From contig KZ538389.1 in the NCBI GenBank assembly GCA_000934665.2, positions 1 to 64,000 on the forward strand: a DNA stretch of 64,000 bases, given 5' to 3'. The position numbers and the translations under genes are program-made. Positions 1 through 12,834 of the stretch are shown one piece after another (position 1 is the first letter of the stretch; every line of letters begins with the position of its first letter). This DNA comes from Catajapyx aquilonaris. Lineage: Eukaryota. The notes under the pieces are model-generated. The model saw nothing but the letters and a program-made list of their open reading frames with translations, had not been told where the DNA came from and did no database searches.

Positions 1-759
1 AATCCCCCCCTCTCTCCCCCCCCTCTCTCTCTCTCTCTCGAGGTCGAACCTTTTGCTGACTTTCCCAAGGCCTGTTTATGCCCTCGCGAAGTGAGCCCAG
101 TTCGCGCGACCAGGGTGCTTTGGCAACGATAACGGTGCCCACCAAAGATAATGTCGGAACGAATCGAGAGCATGCGACCGTTTTTCTCCCAAGGAGTCTT
201 TTCCGCAACCTCTGCTTCTCCTCCATCCCACATCTACCCACTCCCTCTGCTTATATTGGTCTGGTCACCCTGCTGAGAATTTTAAATATGACCAATCAGG
301 GTCCGGGTGGAGCCTCCCCCCTTGCAACTCTCCGTGTTCATCTGGCCACTCCACACTACGTCTCTGTCGAGACTATTTGCCAACTACCATTCTATTTCCT
401 TTTTACGCAGCTGTAAAGGTAATTGTGAATGCATATTTTGGGTTTTCTTTGTTTCAGGGCAAAGGCGAAGGGACTCAGCCAGAGAAAACCGACATGCAGC
501 ACAACCATGTCCCATAGTAGCGGAAATTAATGTAAAAATTGCAATTTATTGACATTTTTTGTAATCATTGTGCCAAAATTATAAAATGAGCATTTTTTGC
601 CATGAATGCCATGCATTTCCTCTAAAACACTGTTAGTCATCCCATTAGACAGTGTCTATTTAGATAACTCTGTTCATGGATCATTCTGGGACTGATTAGG
701 GCCTATATTTGGCCCCATTGCGTACTTTCAAGGCGCACATGCGTTCCTTCAAATGCAAT

Positions 760-1207
760 TATTTTCCTTAAATCAAAAAAGTCCTCCTGAGATTTTTTTC
801 TATGTGAGGGAAAGGGTCTGAGCTACAACATTATTTAAAAATCGGATTTTTAAATTAGGCGGATTTAAAAAAAAAAATTGAAATTTTGAAAATGGGACAA
901 AATTTTCAAAAAAGTCAAAATACGAATTTTCAATCCTTAGTGAGATTGGGCTCTCGAATCTCTTCAAAGGGAGCGGTCTACGACGTCTGTAGCTCAATTG
1001 GTTCACGAGATATGACCGATTTCTGAAACCCTACCTTCCGAAAATGACGTTTTTTTCGGTGGGCCTATCTCCGGGGAGGGGGGGTAAATCTCAAAACCGC
1101 GCAAATGGTATTTTTGAAAGACGTAATTAAAGCGATTCGCCGATTTTCGTCAAAATCTGACAACCCAAGGGTCAGGGGGCTCGGTGAATTGACATGGAAT
1201 GACCCCC
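760..1207. mobile_element. Probable one-ended DNA-transposon remnant
   Basis: Ends in gaattgacatggaatgacccc, a TIR-like terminus. Partner TIR not found and left boundary approximate. Confidence 0.3.
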
Positions 1208-2303
1208 ATATAATTTTTATGTTCAAAATTGATGATAACGGCATGTCACGCAGTATTTTAAAAGGTTAGGTTTAGCCCCTCCAGCGCTCCTGGCTGGTGT
1301 GGTGCAGCTCCAGTTAATCTATTTAGGCGTAAGCGTTAGAATCAACACAGCCACTTCAACGCTAACACGTGTAAATATTTTTTAAACGCCTTCCTTTTTT
1401 GCCTGCCAATAAACCTGTTGCTATATATTTCGGGGCTAAGCGTAATAATTTTAATATAATCAATACATCCAAATCTGAGTTTTGCTTCATGAAACAGTCG
1501 AATCTAGTATCTCATGGTTCACCGCTCCATTTTCGAGAAAGAGCACTCAACTGTGCAGGCTTAACAATTGCGCACTTTATCAGTATCATGGAATCCCCTA
1601 CTACTACGTTCTTGACACTCTCCTGATCTGCTGCAGGGTAGATAGTCGTTATACTGTATATGGCCTAGATATATACGGGTGCGCTAATTGTCAAAGCGAC
1701 AGTGGAAAATTTTCACAGCGTCCACTGCTGAATTCAATTACTACTGTCGCGCCATTCGTAAGGAAGACTGCACAGACTCTGCCTAACGTTACTGATTTAT
1801 TTCGAATCATGTTTCACTCTCTTTATAAAGTGGACCACTGGGTATAAATGGATCTGTGCCAGGAGGACCTGCTAATGCTTCATCAAAATTTATAGGAAAA
1901 GTAAGCAGGAAGATTAAATTATGTTTTCAAAACTACTGAATATTAATTTCACCTGGAATAAAATGTCAAAGATACCATATACACATGCATTTTGTAGTAG
2001 AAATTTTTATGCCTCAATTTTTTGTACGGACCAATAAAAATAGTATACATAGTTGAGATAGTCTAGCTCAGCGTTTCTCAACCTTTTTACTCGTGCGGAA
2101 CCCTTGAAATTATATTCATGTCTCAGGGAACCCCTACATAAAAATTAAGATATTAAATAATTATGTTATGCTCAAACACAGAAAACGCTCACTGAGCAAA
2201 AAAAAACGACCATGTCGCAAAATGGTTGGTTTGAAAACAACCATTTCGCGAAATTAATGTGTTTTTTTCTCTCTCGATGAGAGTTTTCGTCGTTTGAGCC
2301 TAA

Positions 2304-3439
2304 CAGAGGTTGGACAAAATAATAGGGACACATGCTAAATGCTGAGGTTGAAAGTTCGTGTCTGTTTTATTCTAAAACCAGAACTGTAAAAGTTACAAAG
2401 GTGAATTTTACTGAGTTTTGAAGCTCTGTTGATGTAGTACATATTATTTTGTCAAGGTATGCAAATTTTTAAAAGTCTAAAGGGGGGGGCGGGGGAGGAA
2501 CAAAATGCGAACAACACCCCCCAGCTGCCATTTTCGACCAGTCCCACCTTTTCGTTTGAAAATGAAAGTACTTACAGTAATTTACTTTACTGGGTATTGA
2601 AGTTCTATTTATGTAAATGTGTGGCGTGGGTTGGATAATGGAAACCCCTGTTACAGTTAGTGTACACTATAATTTTTTAATTACTTGGTGTTTGACCACC
2701 TTTGCCTTCAATACAGCCCCAACCCTTTTTGGAATGGACGCATTCAAGTTTTGAACAGTCTATATAGCTGCATTCGATATAGTGCTGGAGGGGAGGGGTG
2801 TCGTTTCTCTTTTCCCCCTAATCCTCTCTCGTAGCTTTTTGGCCCATCTGTATACCACACCAAGTGACATTGATAGAGCTTAAAACACAGTAATTTTCAT
2901 ATCTGTAACTGTTTTCGTTTTCAAATGAATAGGGCAGGACACGCTGGTCAAAAACTGTGGTCAGACATTGCTAACCTTGTGAGGATATTTTTCGCAAGTT
3001 TCCTATCCTTGTGAGGACCGAAAACCTTACGAGGACTTTTTTCAGGCCCTCATAACGTACACAGTCCTCACAAGGATGGCGGAAAATCAAACCAAGACCT
3101 CCTTTTTACTGTGAAAAAATAGGTCACTAAAATTTCGTGTGTATTTTGTAGGTTAGGTTAGGTTAGGTTAGTTTTGGTTAGTTTTAAATTTTTATTTTTG
3201 CCAGACCCTCACAAGGATAGCACATTATAACATGCGTGGCTGAGAAGGTGTCGTTCGACTTTCGTTTCCCCCCTCCTCTTGTGATTTTTGCGCCATCTGC
3301 AGACCGCGACAAATGAACATCGTCATAGCTTCAAAACTACGTAAAAGTTACCTTTGTAACATTCCCAGTTTTCGAATAAAACCGACGCGAAATTTCAATC
3401 GCTTTTCGCAAGTGTCCCTATGATTTTGTCCAAGCCCCG
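2304..3439. mobile_element. Tc1/mariner-like MITE with long diverged TIRs, nested in the hAT MITE
   Basis: CAGAGGTTGGACAAAATAATAGGGACAC vs GTGTCCCTATGATTTTGTCCAAGCCCCG-TA; inverted similarity continues for over 100 bp. Confidence 0.7.
2970..3221. mobile_element. Small TIR element containing (TTAGG)n, 5-bp TSD
   Basis: TIRs GCTAACCTTGTGAGG / CCTCACAAGGATAGC, ACATT on both flanks, internal repeats of ccttgtgagga. Confidence 0.7.
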
Positions 3440-4029
3440 TAAATAAATATCAATTTATGACTCAAAAATACCTTTCCACAATATGATTAGTCTATTCGTC
3501 ACTATTTCTCGCGGAACCCCTGGCGGTTGCTCGCGGAACCCCGGTTGAGAAACGCTGCTCTATAGCTCAACGATTAACTGACCTGCTTCTCAGGTAGTTT
3601 ATAATCGGTGGAGGTGTTCCAAAGTTTCCACATTTAAGCCATTTTTATCATTAGTAGTGGTATTACTATGAAGGCTATTATTGATATCGATAGTGTGTGG
3701 TCATTTTGGTTTGCTTACCTTAATTATTTTGCAGCATCATTGGGATTTTCCATAAGACTGTTTTCCACCATACTATTGTCTGGTGTGAAGTCAGAGTGAA
3801 ACCCATCCATATAGAGAGTCGTGTATAATATAGGCCACATGCGGTAACGAAACGCCTTTTTAAAGTCTTTCCCATATTTTCCCGTATTTTGTACTCGGAA
3901 AATAGCTATTGTTTGCATTTTTAAAATTGCACTATTATCGATGCCAGAACTAACAGCCTCTAATATTGCGGAACATGTTTCCAAATCGCGGAGTACTCAA
4001 TGTCTGTTCCACCTCATTTTCGGCCTATA

Positions 4030-4952
4030 CCCGTCAAACGGAGTGAGATTGTGTCAAGTGGGGTGAGATCGTGCTAGCGCGTTTTTTTGGGGGGGACAGC
4101 AACGCACCCTACCGGCAGCAGGCGCAAACTAGCGAATTTAGGCATATTCCATTACATTGATAAATGTTCAATGTTGACAATCACGAAGAGAATTCGCGAT
4201 TTGTTGCGAAGGGCCGTAATGTTTTTTTAAGTTTTGATTTTCGTCAAGTTTTGCATTTGGTGGTATATAGTAGTGATTGTCGTAAGTGGACGGTTGCTTC
4301 TCGTTGCCAAGTAAGTTCATCTTCGATAACTATGTCATTGAAGGTAATAAGTACAACTGGACGTTTTTAAAATCTGTATTTGTTCTAGAGCTATGACGCA
4401 ATATGTAAAAAAAGGGCACTTGACGGGGTGAGATTGGGCTACTGTTTTTTTCTAATTATTTCACTGACTTTGTGTGACAGTGACGGGAAACGTTTACGTG
4501 AAGAAGATCGGTCGGACGCTTTGGCAGAAACCATGATTAAAAGGTGGAAAATTCGATAGTGAAATAATGGGGGAAACTGGGAAAAACAATGGCACAATCT
4601 CACCTCGTCAAATGCTATTTTTAACTAATAGCGCCATGTTTCAAAAATGATTTACTTCGCATATTGAAGATGCTCATTTTTACAGACAAAATACCCATGA
4701 CACGTTTCCTATTCATTTCAAGCATTTAAATAGGCTGGCCCAATATCACCCCACTCGACGGGGTGAAATTGTGGCACGGAAAATAATATACATCTCCCCT
4801 TCCTTAGCATATAAAAATTATTTTCACATATGATCTGAAAGGTGAGATGTGCAGCAATGGTGTATATCAAATTCGTTCAAATATATCAATTACTCTGGTT
4901 TGCTCATAAGAAAAACTTCAAAACGTGGCACAATCTCACCCCGTTTGACGGG
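4030..4952. mobile_element. TA-flanked MITE (pogo/Tc1-like)
   Basis: TA-CCCGTCAAACGGAGTGAGATTGTG ... CACAATCTCACCCCGTTTGACGGG-TA; internal copies of gggtgagatt. Confidence 0.85.
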
Positions 4953-5012
4953 TACGTCACAGTGTACCTTGCCGGAGGGTACAGATGTGACAACTGTCCC
5001 AACCCCCTTCAG

Positions 5013-5487
5013 GAGAAGAAGGCCCCCCGATGATGTTAGGCGGCGGCGTGTGCCTGATCCCTACCAGGCGCCCCCCTGCCCCTGGCACACCCCGACTGGA
5101 GAGACAACAGGCCTTCTTTAGCCCCGAATGGGAGCTACCATCTTCTGGTTCTGGCCCTCCGTCCAGAGACACCTCGCAAGAGACCTCACTGGATGCCCCC
5201 AGCTCGCCCCTGGGCATGCTGGGCTCCAGCTCCGAATGTGGGGACGAGCCAGCTGTGGTGACAGAGATATACCTGCAGGTTCCTCAGCTGAGTAGGAGGG
5301 ACCGGGCAGCCTCAGTGGATTCCTCTTTTGCCAAGATGGCACGCGATGACTCGACCGTGCACGCCACGCTGGGACGCAGCAACTCCATGGAGCCAAACTG
5401 TTGCAACAGCCCCAGGTCAAGATCAGTCGACATCGTCCTGCCCACCGCGGATGACACTGGGTACAAGGTGGCTCCGCAGAGGCCCAA
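5013..5487 (+). CDS. rdgA: DGK 5' exon (Ser/Pro-rich N-terminal region of a long isoform)
   Basis: Open frame (...LQVPQLSRRDRAASVDSSF...RSRSVDIVLPT...), acceptor cccccttcag ending at 5012, donor CAA|GTATGT at 5488 in phase 2, which joins in frame to 29968 (AA|G = Lys). The motifs resemble what I recall of arthropod rdgA N-termini; not checked by search. Confidence 0.75.
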
Positions 5488-8391
5488 GTATGTGCAAGTT
5501 GGTGTTTTTGATGGGTGGGAGCATGCACAGCCTAAAGCGCGCTCAGTCCTCTATGATCTGGCAGGCAAATCAAGAGACCCATACACTTAGCTGGTTGACT
5601 GAGCGAGAACACTACCATTACAGCTGCGTTGTGGCAGAGTATCTGTTACGGATTTTGCTGCACTCAATCGACCTTTGCACAGGTAGAAACCCCGCGAATA
5701 TATCCTAGGCCATGACCCATTTCTGTCACCTGCATATTCTCTAACTGCTTTGGTTTTTATACTCTAAACGAAATGCAGAACAACCGCAAAAATGTTGCCC
5801 AAACTAGTGGACGCGTCCCTTATTATTCCTGGCAAATTGCTTCGCGGCAAGTCATGTTGCGCCTGAAAGTTGGTTTGCCTGCATGACAGGAGTGCCGTTT
5901 TGGTAGCCTGCACTACAGGATGACAGATGGGGTCTACCCATGTTCGCGGATTACACCATTCACTTGGCGGTTATGCTTATCTATTAATTCCTATTAATCC
6001 CACAATATTTGAACAGATATTGTTAACAATAGCATGCACTAATATGATTGCTTTTCAAGGTCAAACCAGTCCTTTGAATTTCGAGTTCATCAGGTGCGAT
6101 TGGCAGGCGATTCAGAGTGTCTAAAGACAAGCTCTGCGATTAGCGGCAGGATATTATACTGTATTGTACTCTTTAAAAATAAAGCCAATTATCTCAGAAA
6201 TAATGAGGCTCCGGGAGACTGAGGGCCGGTTGTATGAAATCCAATTAGGGAAAGATCTACCTTTGTAGGTACTAAAGATAATCCGACGTAATCGAAGATT
6301 TCCGCCTTAATTTGCGTTCAGATATAACCGGCCCTGACTTCTGAATATACCAGGAACATTTTAGTCATCACCGTGGAAGGTTACCGATATGGCCTATGAT
6401 AATGATGAGTTTTTTTTACTGTTATAGACTTGACACTGCAAGCTAACAATGTGTGATAAAATGATTGCATAACAATATATCATACTGTATATAACTTGGA
6501 CTCAAAATAGGGTGGTTTTGTGGCGGACTGCAATGGTGTCTTCAACACATGCGCCCAATGACACCATTCGGCCGAAACGAGCAAGAGAACGGGCAACATA
6601 AGCCTGGCTAAGTGGATTAGAAGTGTTGTACTGATTAGTTGAACCCTCTATCCGCCATGTTGTCCACTGGCCTTGACCTTTCTCTGTGCTGGAGGGGGGA
6701 AATATACAGAGGTTGGTGACTTGACAGGCCGCAGAAACCGGATTCACTCTGCAGGGATGCTGTTCGATCCGGGGCCTGCTGCTGGGCATGGCTATGGTGT
6801 TGTGTAGGCTATGAATGACGTTAACGCGCTATTGCACTGTGGCTTGTCTGTAGATATACGCCACGATTAATATCCGCAGGTTATTTTTTTTCATTATAGG
6901 AAGCTGCGATAATGAGTTATGAATTTTACACGAGGCAGCGGTGTTAGTTTTATTTATATTTAAAAAAAAAATCCGTCCCGCGTACTTTCCGCAACTAATA
7001 AAATTGCTGTTTTGTGTTTCGGGTACCTTTCGTATACGCTGCTGTAATTGATTCGTCTATACAGTAGATATAGTGTAGCCTACTCCTAGTTGGATCATGA
7101 CTCAGGCATGCCTTTCGGTCGAATACGTGACGCTAATTCACGCCAAAGAGGAGCTAATTAGTACACATAAACCACCTTAGCGATGAATTTTCATCCACCT
7201 TAAATGTTGCTAGGCTGCTTATTGAATCAGCATATATATACAGACTCCGTAACACGATGTGGACGGGAAGGCACCTTTCGTCAAGAATAGCGTGTATAAC
7301 GGTGTGGCTAATTGTTTCTGCTAAAAGCGCTGACTCGAACGTCAAGTCCAAATTCTTGTCTGTATCAAAACAGTCCGATTCCACTCGGATAATCACGTTT
7401 CTGCTCGAGAGCACGTCCTCTCTCCTTCACTTCCCATTTGCCCCGTCGGTTGACAATTGGAGGGTGGTGAAGGTGGGGTGGGATTCTATCATGGTTGAAG
7501 GAGAGCTTGCGGAGAATTCTATTAGACGACACAAACTCCTTCCAATCCCCGCCTCAGCTGATCCTCTCCTTCTCTCAGCCTCTGTCGCCACCCCATGTAG
7601 ATTCTTTAGAAAGTTGTCAGAGTGCAAGAATGCAATCGTTCCGCCCTGAAGAAGACCTGCACTCGCTGGGTCGTGAAATACTCGGGGACCAGGAATTTTG
7701 CGCACGTCGGTTGACTTCAAAGTCCTGATTGGCCCAAGACTGCGTGGCCGACCACAGTTATGCGCTGAGGACATTCAAATCAACCGGGATGATCAAGTGG
7801 CCTGGGCGGTGGATTCAAGGTTACCCTCTAGCCCTGGTTGGCTGGGATCAACACGTGGCCTAGATGGAATCGCGTTGATTGGTTGGGAAGTTTGGGCCCA
7901 TAATTAGGTTTTCTGGTATGCATACGGCAATCAGGTTCCATGCATACGCTCATAATTGCCGGAACGAAGCGGGAATAGTCTAAAAAGTCATTCCAAATGG
8001 GAAAGCCATGTAACCACGTAATATTTTAACCGGGTGATATTTCCCTACGGGATTTTCTTGCATGAATTCCCCGTTTCAAGTTAGGCGCTAAATAGCTCAT
8101 CCTGTGCAGAACCTGACAACAATAAATATTCCCAGCACTCGCAACTCCCCGGTATAAAACCGGCTGACAACAGAAGACACACACACAAAAGCATGTCAAC
8201 CCCATCGTCACCGGGCCCTGGGCAATATTCATGTGACGGTCGATGTTCACCCCTCTCCCCCCTCCACCTGTTATTTTTGGCGACACTTCCGAAGTCCATC
8301 CAATTATCGGATTGGTTGCATGCAAATTTATGTGGAGTGCCTCACCACAGCCCGCCTATGTAGTTTTGCGCAGACCAGTCTATATACTATA

Positions 8392-8468
8392 CAGGGTGAG
8401 TCCGCTCCCAACTCCGATTTAAGAGCTGAAATGTACATCAATCGCGAGTAAATCCCTGACTCACCCTG
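8392..8468. mobile_element. Minimal 77-bp Tc1/mariner-type MITE
   Basis: TA-CAGGGTGAGTC ... GACTCACCCTG-TA. Confidence 0.7.
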
Positions 8469-10365
8469 TATGGGAAGCAAGCCCTCGATTCCCGCTGCTT
8501 TAATGGCTCGTTAAAAAGGCGGTGTATGCCGAATGAGAAGGATGCCGAGTTCGTGTGCAAAAAAATGGCCAACCCCAGAGCTAGCTAATGAAGTGCGGCT
8601 CACTCTCAGATGTTTGCCATTTTACGACCCTGCTCTTGTCAGCTAAGTGCTAAAACGGAGGATCCAGGTAACAATCCGGAGCTGTATTTGAAAATGGGTG
8701 GGCCTCGCCCCTTTTTATCTGGCAAACCTGTGCGCGATCTTTCCCGGGGAGAAAAGGTTGCGAAATATTTGCGCCGACCTGATATTATCGTCATCTGAAT
8801 TCTGAAACCTAAATTGCATGGCGGGGCAAAGTGTCCTGTGATATAAATGGTTGATGCAACCACAACTATTTGGCGTAGAAAAAACTTTCATCCAAATATT
8901 TAGTTGACGGGTTTTTTAAACCAAATATTTAGTCAGCACAACCAAAACATGTATCATGACAACCAAATATTTGTAGAATATTGAATATCTACCGGACTTA
9001 TTATTTCAACCTATTTGGTTGAATGAAACATTATTTTGGTTCGTTCTACTTTTTTGAGGAAATGTAGTTTTATACAGACTGCTCCTGTCGACACACACAT
9101 TCCTTACTGTTATGCCTCTTTTTTATTTGGTTTCTCTCAGGCACTTTACTCGGCTATAAGCCTACAAGGTGATCCATTTTCTCGGCCTGCGTTTATATAT
9201 ACGTGAGTGGAACATCTCCCGAGAATAAGGGTGGAAAAAAGCTTCATCGCTGCAGCAATCTGCGATGTGATGGTTGACTTGTCTTCTCCAGGAACTTCCT
9301 TTTATTCCAGATTTATGACCCGAGAGCTATTTATGAGATCTGTATGTTACCCCGCCCCAGTTACGGGGTTTAACGAGAAACAGAGTGATTTATGGGCGAT
9401 ATTTGCCCAAGGTGGAGAATGTTGTCGGAACAAAATGACGTCCCCGCCGCGTTTTAACAGCCGCCCATAAAAATCGCGTCACATCATTTCGGGGATATTA
9501 ACCCCATTGGTGGCTAATAAGAGAATGTGAGGGAGTTTCAGAACCCCGATTGTGTGCCTATTACCTGCCGCACCTAATTGCGTCATCGATAGCACCCTTG
9601 CCAAGCATTGTCTTAAAACCGTATATTAAATGGTCGGCAATTCGGTACCGTCACAGTTCGCCCGATGCACATTCGCCCGCCATACCAAATCGCCCGCCAT
9701 GCATATTTTCCGTACATTATGTTTCAGTTATCGGTTCTACCTGTATATCAATAACATAAAAATAGCAGTTTGTAATAATATCGGACGAAGGGGCATCCGT
9801 GAACGGTGACCATTGAACCATGCAAATGTACGGCGAGTATGCACGGGGAGCGAATGTGCATCTGGATAATTGTTATGATACTGCCAATGCAGCCCAATAT
9901 TTTGGATCTGTGGTTTTACAGTTAGTGTGCGTGTTATGTTTCAGAGTGAAATATTTGGACTGTTGTCTTCCATCGTGAGAGACTTTAATTGGGCTGGTGA
10001 ACGTCGTGGCCCGGAATAAGTAGACTCGGAATTGTTTGTTATTTCGGCCTCTTCCCACTCAAAGGGAGCGTGTAAGAGGATTTTTCTCGGTCTTTCTAAC
10101 GTCTCCATTTCCATCGATTCCTTCCCAGCCATAATCTTCTCCTACTAAGCCGGTATTATCCGCCAGCTTTCTCAGTAAGTTTAGTCGCATTGACCAAGAT
10201 CGGAGAAAAGTACAGGAACTTGACGAGGATGTTCAAGCGATAGTCATTATGAGACAATAAAGCAACGCGTGTGTGATATAGAAATAGATGCTACAGGCTT
10301 TGCTCCTATAGGCTGTTTTGATCATGTCCACCAGCCCACGTTGTACAGTGGGAGACCAATATATT

Positions 10366-11040
10366 AAGGGAACAGTAGGTGTTGTCAATGGAGTTGCTGA
10401 ATGAAACTTGGCACAATAATATAGACAGGTAAGTTATTAAACATAATGCAAACCGTTTCTGCGGAGCGCTACAAGGTCAAAAGTTATGACCTCTCGATGT
10501 CAGCCCGGACAGCTTACCTTACGAGCGAAGTTTCAGATAGCGCACTCAAAAAAGCAGACATTTTATTAGAGCACTGGAAAGGGATAATTACTCGGATTAC
10601 AACGAGCCAAATTGCTAGATCGAAGAGAAAGCAGGGAAACTGTTTTTAAATATATTTTTGTCGGCTCGGTAGAAGGCCCATTGCATATACAAAAGTTTTA
10701 GTAGTATAATCGTGAGGCGGTAAGGAAATTGATTAATCGCAGTCGTAGACTAATCGAGGGTTTTTAAAGAGACTTTTTCAAATATGCTGCGATCTGGCAA
10801 TTTAGTAATCAGAGTAATTATCCTTTTCCAGTGATGTAATAAAAGGTCTGCTTTTTAAAAAATGTGAGATCTGAAACTTCGTTCATAAGGTAAGCTGTAC
10901 GGGCTGACATTGAGAGGTCATAACTTTTGGCCTTCTAGTGCTCCAAAAAATGGTTTGCATTTTGCTTAATAACTTACCTGCCTATATTATTGTGCCAAGT
11001 TTCATTCAGCAACTCCATTGACAACACTTACTGTTCCCTT
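10366..11040. mobile_element. Foldback MITE, AGGGAAC family, copy 1
   Basis: Near-complete palindrome AAGGGAACAGTAGGTGTTGTCAATGG ... CCATTGACAACACTTACTGTTCCCTT; related copy at 46240. Confidence 0.88.
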
Positions 11041-12159
11041 GTGAGCAACCGAAATACTGACGTCAATACTGTAGATCGGAACGAAGTAGAACATCTCTGT
11101 GCGCTGGAAAAACAGAACTGGTTGAATATATGTTACCTCAACCAAATATTCGGCCAATTTAGTTGAATTTGGCACATTCGATATATTTTTCTGAGTCTGT
11201 ATAAATTTTGCAGCCCACACTCTGCTTCCTACAGAGGTATATATCAATCTGGTTCACCCGCAACATTTTGCGTTTGGGGCAATAACTGGCACAATATACA
11301 CTATTACATTTGACAAGGCCGGCGAGTGTTTCTGACAGGTAGTGACGTCACACCGGGAGGCAATTGTCATCGGGCCGTTGAGCGAGCGCACTTTTCAGCA
11401 CGGAATAAATGCCTGGGTCCTAACCTGTGCTCAGCGCAAAATCTGATACCTTTGAAGAATATGAAGCCGTAATTAGCCGTTGTTGTGGCGAAACGTAATC
11501 ACGTTAGACGACGTCCCGCAGCTTTGATTGGCCTCCACCACTTTGTGCACTTTGTGGAGCAAGGAGGGCCCTTCTTTTGTCTGAAAACCTTATCGTGTTC
11601 ACGAGGGGATGCACTTCAGTCATCCACAAAATTACGCCTGCAGAGAAGAGGCCAAAAAGAAAGATTTGAAAATATTTTTTTGTTGTTGCGAAGCAGCCCC
11701 CGCTAATAAGGCCATTTCGTAGGTCTTATTCCGCAAGCAGACCTCATTAGTCTCTGCTTATGAGGAACGGGACACAATTATTTCTTTTTACCCAGCCGCA
11801 ATTACTCGCTCCATTTTGTGCTCAGGCCGTTGTTTTCGACCTGTTTTGAAATCTGGACGGGAATAGGCCATAACTTTTTATTGGATAATGGGCCCTGGCA
11901 TTGTTCGGTTCTCACGACGTTGCTGAGGTGTGGTGCCAAAAGCGGCAATCCGAATTTACGATCGCTTTGGACTGCAATTATCACTAAGAGTTTTTCCGCG
12001 TGAAGGTGCATTTGCGATAGCTCGGGGTGCCTCACGACACGTTCTGACCCCATTGCCAGCTTTTGGATGTGGTCACGAGGCGGTATGAGTGGGTTGTAAA
12101 ATCTTGTAACTGTCCATTGTCGGTTCCAGTCCGAATTGAAAGTGAAAAACCATCCATAA

Positions 12160-12599
12160 CTTGGTTCAGAAATTTAACCTACCGTCGCGTCGCGTCGCTT
12201 TGGGAAATGATAGAGAGGTTCTAGACGATCACTTTGAGTATATGTAACATGGGTCTCCGACGCATAGTTACCGAGATAATTATCATTAAATAAATTATCC
12301 CAGCTTATAGGTTTCGGATACTGCTTCCGATACTTCCATCGCCTAGGTAATTCCCTGCTACACCTAAAAGGATCGTAAATTTCTATTAAATTACATGGTA
12401 ACATCTTGAATTTAAATGAAAAAGGTAAGGTCGCGTGGAGGGATGCCTACGTGCCAGGATATTTAATACCTTGTGTTTGAAGCACATTACCCAGGTAACT
12501 ATGCGTCGGAAACCCATGTTGCATAATATGCTCAAAGTGATCGCCTAGAACCCCTATATCATTTCCCAAAGCGACGGTAGGTTAAATTTCCGAACCCTG
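12160..12599. mobile_element. Foldback MITE
   Basis: Arms ggttcagaaatttaacctaccgtcgc... / ...gcgacggtaggttaaatttccgaaccctg-ta, over 100 bp of inverted similarity. Confidence 0.8.
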
Positions 12600-12746
12600 T
12601 ACTTTGCCCATTTCGTCCTATCCTGATTCTCGTAGTAGTAGATATTCGTATGTAGTAAACTCTGCCAAGAAATTCATTTTACCATTTGAAAGTCATTAAC
12701 CATTTTTGTATTACAAAACTGAGCAACGGTATTAATAACAGCCTAC

Positions 12747-12832
<86 letters not shown>
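12747..12832. repeat. (ATT)n directly followed by (AAT)n, self-complementary microsatellite
   Basis: About 14 ATT units then about 14 AAT units with no spacer. Confidence 0.95.

Positions 12833-12834
<2 letters not shown>

Larger units (their letters stand above)
2069..3557. mobile_element. hAT-like MITE (outer element of a three-level nest)
   Basis: TIRs CAGCGTTTCTCAACC / GGTTGAGAAACGCTG, repeated subterminal gcggaaccc; TSD imperfect. Confidence 0.75.

Noticed and set aside
3148..3181. True telomere or chromosome fusion site
   Set aside because: Only a few TTAGG units, located inside a small TIR element.
7257..7774. Overlapping ORFs as an additional exon or nested gene
   Set aside because: No recognisable motif and no donor in a compatible phase.
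9141..9202. Coding cassette exon (strong acceptor, GTGAGT donor)
   Set aside because: 62 nt is not a multiple of three and the phase-2 frame hits TAA after five codons; at most a UTR or poison exon.
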